A DNA stretch of 58,958 bases from Demequinaceae bacterium (GCA_024643505.1 JAHEMW010000002.1:1-58958), one strand, 5' to 3'. Counted from the stretch's first letter, positions 29,948-40,983 are shown. A program made the numbers and translations. Notes: generated by a model from the sequence alone, not told the origin.

Positions 29948-30910
29948 TTACCGACGCTCCGGATATCCGAACGTAGGCTCGGTGACCGACGTGAGTGCGT
30001 CGAGGATGGCGTCGGGCAGCGGGTAGTCCGTCGCGGTGAGGGAGGGTTCAAGTTGTGCGGCGGTACGCGCCCCGACGATCGCGCTGCTGACGTGATCTTG
30101 GGCGAGCACCCACCCGAGCGCGACCTCCTGCGGTGAAATTCCGAGGCCGTCAGCGGCCGTAGCGACTGCGTCGACCACGGCGAGCGCGCGCTCAGAGAAG
30201 TACGGCTCGACGAATCCGGCGAGATGTTCTGAAGCCGCGCGTGAGTCGGCGGGAATCGCCGTTCTGTACTTACCAGTAAGCACGCCGCGACCGAGGGGCG
30301 ACCAGGCGATCACTCCAAGCCCGAGTGCCTCGGCGGCCGGCACGACTTCGCGCTCGATCCCACGTTGAAGGAGCGAGTACTCCATTTCGGTCGCGGCGAT
30401 GGCTGGACGCCCCGTCGCCAAGGTGGCGATTGCCGCGGTCGCCCATGCGGGGAAATTCGACACTCCGATGTAGCGGGCACGTCCGGAGTTCACCGCAATT
30501 TCGAGCGCATGCAGCGTCTCCTCCAGGGGTGTCGAGGAGTCGAAGACATGCACGAGCCAGAGGTCAACGTGGTCTGTTCCGAGACGCTCGAGCGACGCGT
30601 CCAGCGTGTCAAGGAGGGAGTCGCGCGACGCATCGACAATTCCACCGTCCTTGGTCCTGCGGATACCGGCCTTGGTGCAAATCTGCACCTGGGAGCGCGC
30701 GACCGATCCTCCAATCAGGTCGCCCACCAATGCTTCAGATCCGCCGTCGGCGTAGGACGCCGCCGTATCGATGAGGGTCCCTCCCGCGTCGAGGAACGCA
30801 TCGAGTTGCGCGCCGGCTTCATCCTCGTTGGTGTCGCGGCTCCAGGTCATCGTGCCAAGTCCGAGGCAGGAGACTTCGAGCCCCGTCGCACCAACCTTTC
30901 TGCGCTGCAT
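29948..30910 (-). CDS. Aldo/keto reductase
   Basis: LGLGTMTW, IDTAASY, SLERLGTDHVDL, YIGVSN, WSPLGRGVLTGKY. Confidence 0.93.
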   Translation of the reverse strand: MQRRKVGATGLEVSCLGLGTMTWSRDTNEDEAGAQLDAFLDAGGTLIDTAASYADGGSEALVGDLIGGSVARSQVQICTKAGIRRTKDGGIVDASRDSLLDTLDASLERLGTDHVDLWLVHVFDSSTPLEETLHALEIAVNSGRARYIGVSNFPAWATAAIATLATGRPAIAATEMEYSLLQRGIEREVVPAAEALGLGVIAWSPLGRGVLTGKYRTAIPADSRAASEHLAGFVEPYFSERALAVVDAVATAADGLGISPQEVALGWVLAQDHVSSAIVGARTAAQLEPSLTATDYPLPDAILDALTSVTEPTFGYPERR

Positions 30911-30970
30911 GGGGCGACGCTATCGCGGCGCGTCCAGGCCTTCGGGGCGGCGCGCGGTAGCGTTGCGGCC

Positions 30971-31831
30971 ATGACATGGTGGGATGCGATCGTCCTCGGC
31001 CTCGTTCAAGGACTCACCGAGTTTCTTCCCATCTCTTCGAGTGCTCACCTGCGAGTCGTTGGGCCGCTGCTGCTCGACGGCACGGACCCCGGCGCGGCCT
31101 TCACCGCGGTCATTCAGATCGGCACGGAGCTAGCGGTACTGCTTTTCTTCCGTCACGACATCGCTCGCATTCTTGGCGCATGGTGGCGAGCGCTCGTCGG
31201 CCGCGATGGGTCCGACGCCAGGGCTCGGCTTGGTGCCCACAGTGCCGACGCGCGGCTTGGCTGGTGGGTGATCATCGGCACCCTTCCGATCGTGATCTTG
31301 GGAGTGGCGCTCAAGGACGTGATTGAGACGTCGTTGCGCAACCTTTATCTCACCGCGACCGTGCTCGCGCTGTTCGCACTCGTGCTTGGCGCCGCGGATC
31401 GTTGGGGAGCAAAGCGTCGGGAACTCACCGAACTCCGAGGGCGCGACGCCGTGTTGCTTGGCATCGCGCAAGCCGCGGCGCTGATCCCAGGAGTGTCGCG
31501 ATCCGGCGGCACGATTTCAATGGGGCTATTCCTGGGGCTCACACGCGAGGCCGCGGCCCGCTACTCGTTCCTGCTCGCGATACCGGCCGTGCTGGGATCG
31601 GGTGCGTACGAGTTGGTCACGAGCTACGGGGACCTCAGCGCGCCGGGCGGGCCGGGACTCGTGAACACACTCGTGGCGGCTGCGGTCGCATTCGTTGTCG
31701 GGTACTTCGTGATCGTGTGGTTCTTGCGACTTATCTCGCACCACTCGTTCTGGCCGTTCGTGGTGTACCGCCTTGGATTCTCAGCGGTCATCTTCGCCCT
31801 ACTCGGCGCTGGCGTCGTCGCCGCGACCTAA
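30971..31831 (+). CDS. uppP: Undecaprenyl-diphosphate phosphatase
   Basis: VQGLTEFLPISSSAH, ALIPGVSRSGGT, AARYSFLL. Confidence 0.95.
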   Translation: MTWWDAIVLGLVQGLTEFLPISSSAHLRVVGPLLLDGTDPGAAFTAVIQIGTELAVLLFFRHDIARILGAWWRALVGRDGSDARARLGAHSADARLGWWVIIGTLPIVILGVALKDVIETSLRNLYLTATVLALFALVLGAADRWGAKRRELTELRGRDAVLLGIAQAAALIPGVSRSGGTISMGLFLGLTREAAARYSFLLAIPAVLGSGAYELVTSYGDLSAPGGPGLVNTLVAAAVAFVVGYFVIVWFLRLISHHSFWPFVVYRLGFSAVIFALLGAGVVAAT

Positions 31832-32694
31832 CTGGACGATTTGCCGCCGTCGCGGCGCCGCAGGTACTTCTCAAACTCCTCAGCGATCGCGTCGCCAGAT
31901 GCCTCAGGCAAACTGACCTCGTCCATGACCGACTCGAGCTGCTCGACGTGCGCGGCGACCTCTTCGTCCTCCTCGGCAAGTTCGTCCGCTCCGCGCTGCC
32001 ACGCCTCCGCCTCGTACGGAAGTTCGCCGAGTTCAATCGGCTCTCCGAGAAACCGCTCCAAGTTCGACAGCAGTGCGATCGTGGCTTTGGGGCTCGGCGG
32101 GTGCGCGATGTAATGGGGAACGCCCACCCACAGGGACAGCACGGTGAGGCCGCGGAGGGCAGCCTCGTGCCCGAGCGCCCCGAGGATGCCCGTCGGGCCT
32201 TCGTAGTCGGATCGCTCAAGGTCGTAGCGAATGCGCGCGGCGGCGTCCTCACTCGTAACGAAAGTCGGCAAGGGACGCGTATGCGGGGCGTCCACGAGGA
32301 GCGCGCCGCACGTAATGAGCGTTTTCACGCCTTGGTCCTCGGCGTGCTCGAGAATCTCATCGCAGAAACTGCGCCACCGCATCGATGGCTCAATGCCCCG
32401 CACGAGCGTGACTGAACGGTTTGTCACCCACGGCCCTTGTGCGGTGTAGATCACCGTTCCCGGCCACGTCAGGACTCGCTCGCCAGTCGTTTCGCGTGCG
32501 ATCGTCGGACGATTGACCTGGAAGTCGTGATAGTCCTCCGGATCGAGCGTCGCGCGCCCTTCGGCATCCCACACGTCGATGAGATGGTCGACCGCCGCCG
32601 AAGCCGCGTTGCCCGCGTCATTCCACCCTTCGAAGGCCGCGATCATGATCGGATCGTCGGCGTCGAGGGCCGCGGGCTCGTGCTCAGCGCTCAT
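31828..32694 (-). CDS. PAC2 family (proteasome assembly chaperone-like) protein
   Basis: AAFEGWNDAG, YHDFQVNRP, PHTRP, YEGPTGI, VPHY, PSPKA. Confidence 0.9.
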   Translation of the reverse strand: MSAEHEPAALDADDPIMIAAFEGWNDAGNAASAAVDHLIDVWDAEGRATLDPEDYHDFQVNRPTIARETTGERVLTWPGTVIYTAQGPWVTNRSVTLVRGIEPSMRWRSFCDEILEHAEDQGVKTLITCGALLVDAPHTRPLPTFVTSEDAAARIRYDLERSDYEGPTGILGALGHEAALRGLTVLSLWVGVPHYIAHPPSPKATIALLSNLERFLGEPIELGELPYEAEAWQRGADELAEEDEEVAAHVEQLESVMDEVSLPEASGDAIAEEFEKYLRRRDGGKSSS

Positions 32695-32700
32695 TGGCCC

Positions 32701-32710
32701 AGCCTAGACT
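32701..32710. promoter_or_regulatory. Overlapping divergent -10 elements (bidirectional leaderless promoter)
   Basis: AGCCTAGACT contains TAGGCT on the minus strand (6 nt before ATG 32694) and TAGACT on the plus strand (8 nt before ATG 32719); intergenic gap only 24 bp. Confidence 0.65.
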
Positions 32711-32718
32711 CATGGGCT

Positions 32719-33408
32719 ATGAATCAACGCCCCGCTCGACCGGCGGCAGTCCTGTGGGACATGGATGGAACCCTCATCGACTCGGAGCCGTACTGGATCG
32801 CCGCGGAAATGGAGCTTGCGACCCGGTTTGGCGCTCGGTGGACGCACGCGGACGGACTTACGCTCGTTGGTCGTCCGCTGCCGGACTCGGCGGCGATCTT
32901 GCAAAGCCGAGGCATCGACATGGAGGTCGGAGAAATTGTCGACTACCTCGTGGGGCGGGTCACCTTGCAGGTGCGCGCTCGTGCACCGTGGCAGCGCGAC
33001 GCCGAGGACCTGCTTCGTGCCGTTCTTGAGGCGGGCATCCCGTGTGCACTGGTGACGCAGTCCTACCGGCCGCTCGTGGACGCCTTGCTCGCACGAGTGC
33101 CCGACGCCTTCGCGGTCGTTGTCACTGGAGAGGACGTGAAGCGAGGGAAACCTGACCCTGAGGCGTACCAACTCGCGGCCACCCGGCTGGGCGTCGACGT
33201 GACGCACTGCGTGGCGATCGAGGACTCACCCGCGGGGATCGCGTCGGCACGTGCGGCTGGAGCGGCGACGATCGGTGTGCGCCGGCTCGTGGCTGTTGCG
33301 CCGCAGCCGGGTCTGAGTCGGGTGCGCTCGCTGGCGAGCGTCACGATCTCGACTCTGCAGGCAATCGCGTCCGGCAGCGTGCTTGACGAGCTCGGCGCGG
33401 AGGTTTAG
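32719..33408 (+). CDS. HAD family hydrolase
   Basis: WDMDGTLIDSE, GKPDPEAY, IEDS. Confidence 0.9.
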   Translation: MNQRPARPAAVLWDMDGTLIDSEPYWIAAEMELATRFGARWTHADGLTLVGRPLPDSAAILQSRGIDMEVGEIVDYLVGRVTLQVRARAPWQRDAEDLLRAVLEAGIPCALVTQSYRPLVDALLARVPDAFAVVVTGEDVKRGKPDPEAYQLAATRLGVDVTHCVAIEDSPAGIASARAAGAATIGVRRLVAVAPQPGLSRVRSLASVTISTLQAIASGSVLDELGAEV

Positions 33409-34235
33409 ATCGGGCGCACGCCGATCGCCCGTTCGACGGCGTCCGGATCCAGCTCCGGGGCGTCGTGCCCGAACTCCGGGCACAGCTCCTGAAAACTGCA
33501 CCACCCGCACAAAGGGCCTCGCCGCGGCCGAAAGGTGCCGCGCCTGGCGGCGTCGCAGATCTCATCCCACAATGCCCGCACTTCGTGTTCGATGGCCGCG
33601 ATGTCCTCGTCGGTTGGATGCACGTCAAGCTGTTGACCGTCGCGCAAGAACAGCAGCCGCAGCAACGCGGGACGACGCGCACGGAGTCGCTCGACCACAA
33701 GCGCGTAGAACCGCATTTGGAAGCGCTCCTTGGTCGCGCCAAACCGGGGGTCGGGCGACTTGCCAGACTTGTAGTCGACGATTCGAATCGAGCCGTCGGG
33801 AGCGACGTCGATCCGATCGATGACTCCGCGCAAGAGCGGGCCATCGTCGAGTTGGAACTCCACAAAAAGTTCGCGGGCCTCGGGTTCGAGTCGCTGCGGG
33901 TTTTCAAGCGTGAAGTACGTTCCGAGCCGACCGCGCGCGTCCTGAAGCCACGCTTGCTCCGCGTCCGCTCCGCCGTGAAGTGTCGCGAGCTCGGGTCGTC
34001 GCGCGATCATCGCTCGCCAGTGTGGTTCGACCATCTCCGCAGCTACCGCCTCGACACGTTCAGGCGCCGGGCGGTCGAAAAGGGCTTCGAGGACAGCATG
34101 CACAAGCGTTCCAAGAGTTGCTGCAGACGACGGCGGTTCAGGAATCTGGTCAACGACGCGCAGCCGGTAAAGCAGCGGACATTGCTTGAAGTCGGCAGCA
34201 CGCGACGGCGACAGGGCGGGGGGTCGCTGGGCCAT
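33405..34235 (-). CDS. RecB-family PD-(D/E)XK exonuclease (Cas4-like, Fe-S)
   Basis: LSPS..., QCPL, GVIDRID, IVDYKSGK, QMRFY, CGWC-x5-CP. Confidence 0.88.
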   Translation of the reverse strand: MAQRPPALSPSRAADFKQCPLLYRLRVVDQIPEPPSSAATLGTLVHAVLEALFDRPAPERVEAVAAEMVEPHWRAMIARRPELATLHGGADAEQAWLQDARGRLGTYFTLENPQRLEPEARELFVEFQLDDGPLLRGVIDRIDVAPDGSIRIVDYKSGKSPDPRFGATKERFQMRFYALVVERLRARRPALLRLLFLRDGQQLDVHPTDEDIAAIEHEVRALWDEICDAARRGTFRPRRGPLCGWCSFQELCPEFGHDAPELDPDAVERAIGVRPI

Positions 34236-34303
34236 GCCTCACCCTAATCCGCCGCGCCGACACATGGCACGAGGGTCCGCGGCGAGCAGTTACGGTGGTG
34301 GCC

Positions 34304-35416
34304 ATGAGCGAGGCGCCGCGGCAGACCAAGGGACTGGTCGTCGGCCGCATGCTCGGCGCGCGTGTCGTGATCCAGCCATCCACGGTGCTGATGCTCGTCG
34401 TGCTCGCGCTGATCTTCAGTTCAAGTTCCGAGGGCGGGATTACTCAACGGGCCTTCTCGCTCGGAGTCGTGCTCGCCGTGTTGCTGTTCGTGTCGGTCTT
34501 TCTGCATGAGGTCGCGCACGCGATCGCCGCTCGCGCGTTCCACCGTGACGTGAGCGAGATCGTCCTCACGCTGTGGGGAGGTCACACGTCGTTCGACGCG
34601 AGGGGCATGACTCCTGCAATTTCAGGAGTGACGGCGATCGCGGGGCCACTCGCAAACGTCGCGCTCGCCCTTGCTGGGTGGGGGCTCCAAACGACAGGGG
34701 TGCTGACGGGCACGGCCGACGGTGTTCTTACGTGGGTGATTTACGCCAACGTGCTGCTCGCCATCTTCAACGCGCTTCCAGGGATTCCCATGGACGGCGG
34801 GCGAGTGCTCGAGTCGATCGTGTGGGCCCTCACGCAGGACCGCTACCGCGCTACGCTCATCGCTGCCTGGGCGGGCCGCATCATCGCGGTTGGCATGGTG
34901 CTGTATGTCATTCTCACGCCCGTTGCGCGCGGAGACCGACCCGACCTGGTGCAGGTCGTCTGGGCCATCCTCATCTTTTCCATCCTGTGGCCAGCCGCCT
35001 CAAGCGCCATCAATGTCACCACGGCGATGCGCAAGCGGGAAGGGACGTCCGCAGGCGGCCTCATGGCGAGGGCAGTGGGCGTTCCGTATTCGGTGAGCGT
35101 CGCTGAGGCGCGCGACCTCGCAAGCGCTGTCGACGCCACCGAGGTAGTCGTGCTCGCAGCTGACGGCGAACCGGCTGGTCGTTTCCCGGTGTCGCTCACT
35201 GACGAGGTCCCTCAGGCGTTGCGCGTCACGACGAACTTGCAGGCGGTGACGATTCCGCTTGCGCGCGGCGCCACCGTTCCGGCGTCAATCGCGGGCGACG
35301 CGCTCGTGGCGGCCCTCCGGCAGTGGTGGGGACGAGCAGATGCCTGGGTCGTGCTCGAATCCGGCGAGGTCGTCGGTGTGCTCGAGCTCGAGATCGCGCT
35401 CAAAGCGCTGCGGTAG
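34304..35416 (+). CDS. Site-2 protease (M50) with degenerate C-terminal CBS-like region
   Basis: HEVAH (HExxH), AGPLAN, FNALPGIPMDGGR. Confidence 0.9.
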   Translation: MSEAPRQTKGLVVGRMLGARVVIQPSTVLMLVVLALIFSSSSEGGITQRAFSLGVVLAVLLFVSVFLHEVAHAIAARAFHRDVSEIVLTLWGGHTSFDARGMTPAISGVTAIAGPLANVALALAGWGLQTTGVLTGTADGVLTWVIYANVLLAIFNALPGIPMDGGRVLESIVWALTQDRYRATLIAAWAGRIIAVGMVLYVILTPVARGDRPDLVQVVWAILIFSILWPAASSAINVTTAMRKREGTSAGGLMARAVGVPYSVSVAEARDLASAVDATEVVVLAADGEPAGRFPVSLTDEVPQALRVTTNLQAVTIPLARGATVPASIAGDALVAALRQWWGRADAWVVLESGEVVGVLELEIALKALR

Positions 35417-35426
35417 CGCGCCCTAG

Positions 35427-36424
<998 letters not shown>

Positions 36425-36425
<1 letters not shown>

Positions 36426-37834
36426 TGGTGGCTGAAGGCCAGGACCAGATCGCGGGGCTGACGCGCCAAAACGCCGAGTTGCAGCGCCTGCTCACGCTCG
36501 CGCGGGACCAGCTCGGCGAGATGAGGGTGAAACTCGCCGAGGCTTCTGCGCCCCCCCAGACTTTCGCGACATTCGTGCAATGGGTCGGCGAGCACGCTGA
36601 CGTCGTCGCGAACGGCAGGCGAATGCGTGTCGCGGTAATGCCGTCAGTCGAAGCGACCCTCGCGGCAGGCGACGAGGTGCTACTCAACGGCATGAGCGTC
36701 GTTGTTGGCGTCGCCGAGCCTGAGCGCACCGGCCAAGCGGCGATCGTTCGCGAGGTCGTCGACAACGACCGAGTCCTCGTTGTCGCCCGCGGCGAGGACG
36801 AACGCGTGGTTGTCTTGATCGGTGGCGACGCGGCGGCGCGGCTGCATGAAGGCGACACCGTCATCATCGATCCGCGCACGGGTTTTGCGTCCCAGAAGGT
36901 TGAGCGGACGGGCATCGAGGCGCTGCTGCTCGAGGAGGTGCCTGACGTTGACTATGCGTCGATTGGCGGCCTCGCTCCACAGATTGAGCGCATCAGAGAC
37001 GCGATCGAGTTGCCGCTACGGCACCCCGAGTTGTATCGAGAGCATGCGTTGCAGCCTCCGCGCGGGCTCCTGCTGTACGGCCCCCCTGGGTGCGGTAAGA
37101 CCCTCATCGCCAAGGCCGTCGCGCACTCGCTTGCGGACGCTGTCGGCGCCGATCGCTCGTATTTTCTCTCGGTCAAGGGCCCCGAACTGCTGAATAAGTA
37201 CGTGGGAGAGACCGAGCGCTACATTCGCACGATCTTTGAGCGAGCGCGTAGCAAGGCGCATTCCGGGGCGCCGGTTGTCGTGTTCTTCGACGAGATGGAG
37301 GCGCTGTTTCGCGCTCGCGGGTCCGGGGTCAGTTCAGACATGGAGACCACCATCGTTCCTCAGCTGCTCACGGAACTCGACGGCATCGAGGAGCTCGGAA
37401 ACGTCATCGTGATCGGCGCGTCGAACCGCGAGGACATGATCGACCCCGCAATTCTGCGGCCGGGTCGCCTTGACGTGAAGATCGAGGTGTCTCGCCCGGA
37501 TCGACAAGGGTCGCTCGACATTTTCAGCATCTACCTGACTCCCGACCTGCCTATCGGGGAAGGCGAATTAACGGCCTCCGGCGGCAGCCGCAGCGCCGCC
37601 GTACACGCCATGGCAACCGCTGCCGTTGACCGAATTTTCTCCGAGGGCGACGCGCCCCGGTACGTGTCGGGCGCACTCATTCGCAATGTGGTTGACCGCG
37701 CGAAGACGCGGGCGATCAAGGGCGTCGTCGCGGGGGGCGTCAAGGGCATCACCGCAGCGCACCTCGTCGCCGCGAGCGATCAGGAACTTGCAGAGGCGCG
37801 TTCGGTCGCGGCCGGTAACCTCACCGGGGCCTGA
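36425..37834 (+). CDS. arc: ARC/Mpa AAA+ ATPase, C-terminally reduced
   Basis: N-terminal coiled coil and OB region, EEVPDV, GPPGCGKT, ELLNKYVGETER, FFDEME, ASNREDMIDPAILRPGRLD. Confidence 0.93.
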
Positions 37835-37835
37835 C

Positions 37836-39344
37836 GTGCGCATCGTCGGGATCGAGACCGAATACGGGATCCTTGATCCGGTTGACGCCTACGCCAACCC
37901 GATTCTGCTGTCGTCGTTGCTCGTCGATGGAGCGCGCACCTGGGCGGGAGGGCGTTCAACGCGGTGGGATTACGGGGGTGAGGATCCGCTACAGGATCTG
38001 CGGGGCACGCGGAGAGCTCGCGCGAACGCCACTGCAGACATGCTCACCGATGCGGTAGAGGCCGACGCCGACACCGGTACGGTCTCGCTCCGTCGCCGCC
38101 GAGGGTCGTGGGAGGATCCTGCCCATCTCAACGCCGTGCTCTCCAACGGCGCGCGCTTCTACGTCGACCATGCGCATCCGGAGTACTCGGGTCCGGAAGT
38201 CTCAAATGCGCGAGATGCCGTGATCTGGGATCGTGCCGGTGACCGCATCGCGGTGGCTGCAGCGGACGCGGTGACCCGCGGCGACGGTCCCGCGATCGCG
38301 TTGTACAAGAACAATGTCGATGGCAAGGGCGCCAGTTACGGCACCCACGAGAACTTTCTTGTGCGTCGTGACGTGGACTTCGACGGTTTGGCGCGACGCC
38401 TCACGCCGCATCTCGTGACTCGGCAGATCTACACGGGCGCGGGACGCGTCGGCCTTGGGCAACGCGGCGAGACCGCAGGCTTTCAGATGTCCCAACGAGC
38501 CGATTACATCGAGGCTGACATGGGGCTCGAGACCACACTCCGGCGCCCAATCATCAACACTCGTGACGAGCCTCATGCGGATCGGAGTCGCTGGCGGCGC
38601 CTCCATGTGATCCTGGGCGATGCCAACTGCCTCGAGGTGCCCACCTTCCTCAAGATTGGCGCGACGTCGCTCGTGCTGTCGGCTGTCGAGGCGGACGACG
38701 AACGGCTCGACGCGCTGGAACTCGCAGAGCCGGTTGGTGACGTGCAGCGTGTCTCGCGCGACCTCACACTGCGTGCTCCGCTCACGCTGGCCACGGGCGA
38801 GCGCGCCACCGCCCTCGACCTCCAGCGCGCCGTGCTGGAGGTCGCACGAGACTACGCGACCGACGCGGTCGACGTTCTCGTGATCGCGAGGTGGGAACGC
38901 GTTCTCGAACTCCTCTCGCGTGACGTGTTCTCCGCGTCTCGTGACGTTGAGTGGGTCGCGAAACTTGAACTGCTCGGGCGAATACGCACCAAGTATTCGG
39001 TGGCAGGCGTCGCATTGCCGTGGACGGACGCTCGTCTCGCCGCCGTCGATTTCCGATGGAGTGAACTGCGCAGCGGCATGGCCGCGACGCTTGCGGCGCG
39101 CGGCGCGTTCGAGACGGTCGCCGACCCCGAGCTGATCGCCGCCGCGATGACGACGGCCCCTCGCGATACCCGCGCGGCCGCGCGCGGCGACATCGTCGCC
39201 TTGAAGCCGGAACTCGTCGACGCGGCCGGGTGGTCGACCGTCGTCATTGATCGCGAGGCCGACCACGGCGCGCTCGAAGTGGTGCATCTTGACGACCCTT
39301 CGCGGCCTTCCCACCCCCTCCTCGACGCTTTGGCTCGCGAGTAG
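37836..39344 (+). CDS. dop: Pup deamidase/depupylase
   Basis: GIETEYG, WDYGGE, NGARFYVDHAHPEYSGPE, YKNNVDGKGASYGTHEN, RPIINTRDEPHA. Confidence 0.93.
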   Translation: MRIVGIETEYGILDPVDAYANPILLSSLLVDGARTWAGGRSTRWDYGGEDPLQDLRGTRRARANATADMLTDAVEADADTGTVSLRRRRGSWEDPAHLNAVLSNGARFYVDHAHPEYSGPEVSNARDAVIWDRAGDRIAVAAADAVTRGDGPAIALYKNNVDGKGASYGTHENFLVRRDVDFDGLARRLTPHLVTRQIYTGAGRVGLGQRGETAGFQMSQRADYIEADMGLETTLRRPIINTRDEPHADRSRWRRLHVILGDANCLEVPTFLKIGATSLVLSAVEADDERLDALELAEPVGDVQRVSRDLTLRAPLTLATGERATALDLQRAVLEVARDYATDAVDVLVIARWERVLELLSRDVFSASRDVEWVAKLELLGRIRTKYSVAGVALPWTDARLAAVDFRWSELRSGMAATLAARGAFETVADPELIAAAMTTAPRDTRAAARGDIVALKPELVDAAGWSTVVIDREADHGALEVVHLDDPSRPSHPLLDALARE

Positions 39345-39353
39345 AGTGGGCGC

Positions 39354-39533
39354 ATGCCGCAGACCCACGCCACCTCCGACGCGTTCGAGGACGACGCATC
39401 TGAGCCGACGCCACCTCCGGCGCAGGCCGCGACAACCGACGCGCTCGACGACCTACTCGACCAAATCGACGGCTCTCTGCAGGTAAACGCCGCACAGTTT
39501 GTGCGTTCCTTCGTGCAAAAGGGCGGCCAGTAG
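39354..39533 (+). CDS. pup: Prokaryotic ubiquitin-like protein Pup (59 aa, absent from the ORF track)
   Basis: Manual translation MPQTHATSDAFEDDASEPTPPPAQAATTDALDDLLDQIDGSLQVNAAQFVRSFVQKGGQ; between dop and pafA. Confidence 0.95.
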   Translation: MPQTHATSDAFEDDASEPTPPPAQAATTDALDDLLDQIDGSLQVNAAQFVRSFVQKGGQ

Positions 39534-39537
39534 GGAC

Positions 39538-40950
39538 GTGATCAGCTCCGACATTCCCGCGCCGCTGGAGGTCGAGGCGAGTCGCCGCATCTTCGGTCTC
39601 GAGACCGAGTTCGGTCTGCACCTCGATGCGCCGAACGCTCGGCACGTGACGCCTGAAGAGGTGGCAGGTCACCTGTTTCACTCGGTCGTCCAGTGGGGGC
39701 GCAGCTCGAATGTGTTTCTCACCAACGGTTCTCGCCTGTACATCGACGTGGGTGCTCACCCCGAATATGCGACCGCGGAGGCGGACTCGATCAGTGATCT
39801 CATCGCGCTCGACAAGGCCGGCGAGCGGATCGTGCAGGACCTCGTGGTTGGGGGCCAGCAGCGACTCCGTATGGCGGGCATCGACGGCATCATCCACCTG
39901 TACAAAAACAACACTGATTCAGCGGGCAACAGTTACGGCTGTCACGAGAACTACCTCGTGCGCCGCCGAGCCGACTTCGCCGCATTCGGCTCGTCGCTTC
40001 TCCCGTTCCTCGTGAGTCGTCAAATCGTGACAGGCGCCGGCTGTGTGACGCGGACACCGTCCGGTGCGCACTACTCGTTCTCGCCACGCGCCGATCACAT
40101 GTGGGAGGGAATGAGTTCCGCGACTACGCGCTCGCGCCCCATGATCAATACGCGCGACGAGCCGCACGCCAATGCCGACCTTTATCGGCGTTTGCACGTC
40201 ATTGTCGGCGACTCGACGATGGCGCAGCCGACGACGTTGCTCAAGGTGGGGGCGACGGATCTGATCCTCCGGCTCGCGGAGGCGCGGGTCGCAATGCCGA
40301 ATCTCACGCTCGCCCGCGAGATGCACGCCATTCGTGAGATCGCTCACGATGTGTCTGGTCGAGCGACCGTCGAACGTGCAGACGGACAGACAATCACGGG
40401 GGTCGAACTCCAGGAGGCTTACCTCGAATTCGTGCTCACCCACATCGACGGGCTCATTGAGCGCACCGAAGAAGTGGAAGCGATCGTCGATCTGTGGGAG
40501 CGGGGAATCGCTGCCGTTCGCTCGGGAGACTTCTCCGCAGTCGCGACAGAACTCGATTGGGCGATCAAGCATCGACTCATCGAGCGATATCAAGAGCGAC
40601 TCGGGTGTGGGATGGACGACCCGCGCATTGCACGCCTCGAACTCGCCTTTCACGATGTCTCGCCCGAGTTGGGTCTCGTGAGAAAACTGGAGTCCGCGGG
40701 CCTGATCAAGACAGTCGTGGCGGAAGAACGAATCGTTCGGGCGATGGGCGAGCCTCCCGCGTCCACACGTGCGCACCTGCGCGGCGCCTTCGTGCGTGCC
40801 GCCCTCGAATCAGGACGCGACTTCACGGTCGACTGGGTGCACCTGAAGATCACCGGTTCGCAGTCGCGCACTGTCTTGCTCAAGGACCCCTTCAGGAACG
40901 AAGACGCTCGTGTCGACGTTCTGATCGAGGCGCTTGGCGCCGACACGTAG
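39538..40950 (+). CDS. pafA: Pup-protein ligase
   Basis: RRIFGLETEFG, SSNVFLTNGSRLYIDVGAHPEYATAE, SATTRSRPMINTRDEPHA, TVDWVHLK, KDPF. Confidence 0.95.
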   Translation: MISSDIPAPLEVEASRRIFGLETEFGLHLDAPNARHVTPEEVAGHLFHSVVQWGRSSNVFLTNGSRLYIDVGAHPEYATAEADSISDLIALDKAGERIVQDLVVGGQQRLRMAGIDGIIHLYKNNTDSAGNSYGCHENYLVRRRADFAAFGSSLLPFLVSRQIVTGAGCVTRTPSGAHYSFSPRADHMWEGMSSATTRSRPMINTRDEPHANADLYRRLHVIVGDSTMAQPTTLLKVGATDLILRLAEARVAMPNLTLAREMHAIREIAHDVSGRATVERADGQTITGVELQEAYLEFVLTHIDGLIERTEEVEAIVDLWERGIAAVRSGDFSAVATELDWAIKHRLIERYQERLGCGMDDPRIARLELAFHDVSPELGLVRKLESAGLIKTVVAEERIVRAMGEPPASTRAHLRGAFVRAALESGRDFTVDWVHLKITGSQSRTVLLKDPFRNEDARVDVLIEALGADT

Positions 40951-40983
40951 ACTCACGTGTTGCTCTCGGATGAAAGGACGCCC

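Noticed and set aside
33405-34235. Cas4-like gene as evidence of a CRISPR-Cas system
   Set aside because: No array or other cas genes; it is a standard neighbour of the actinobacterial pup locus
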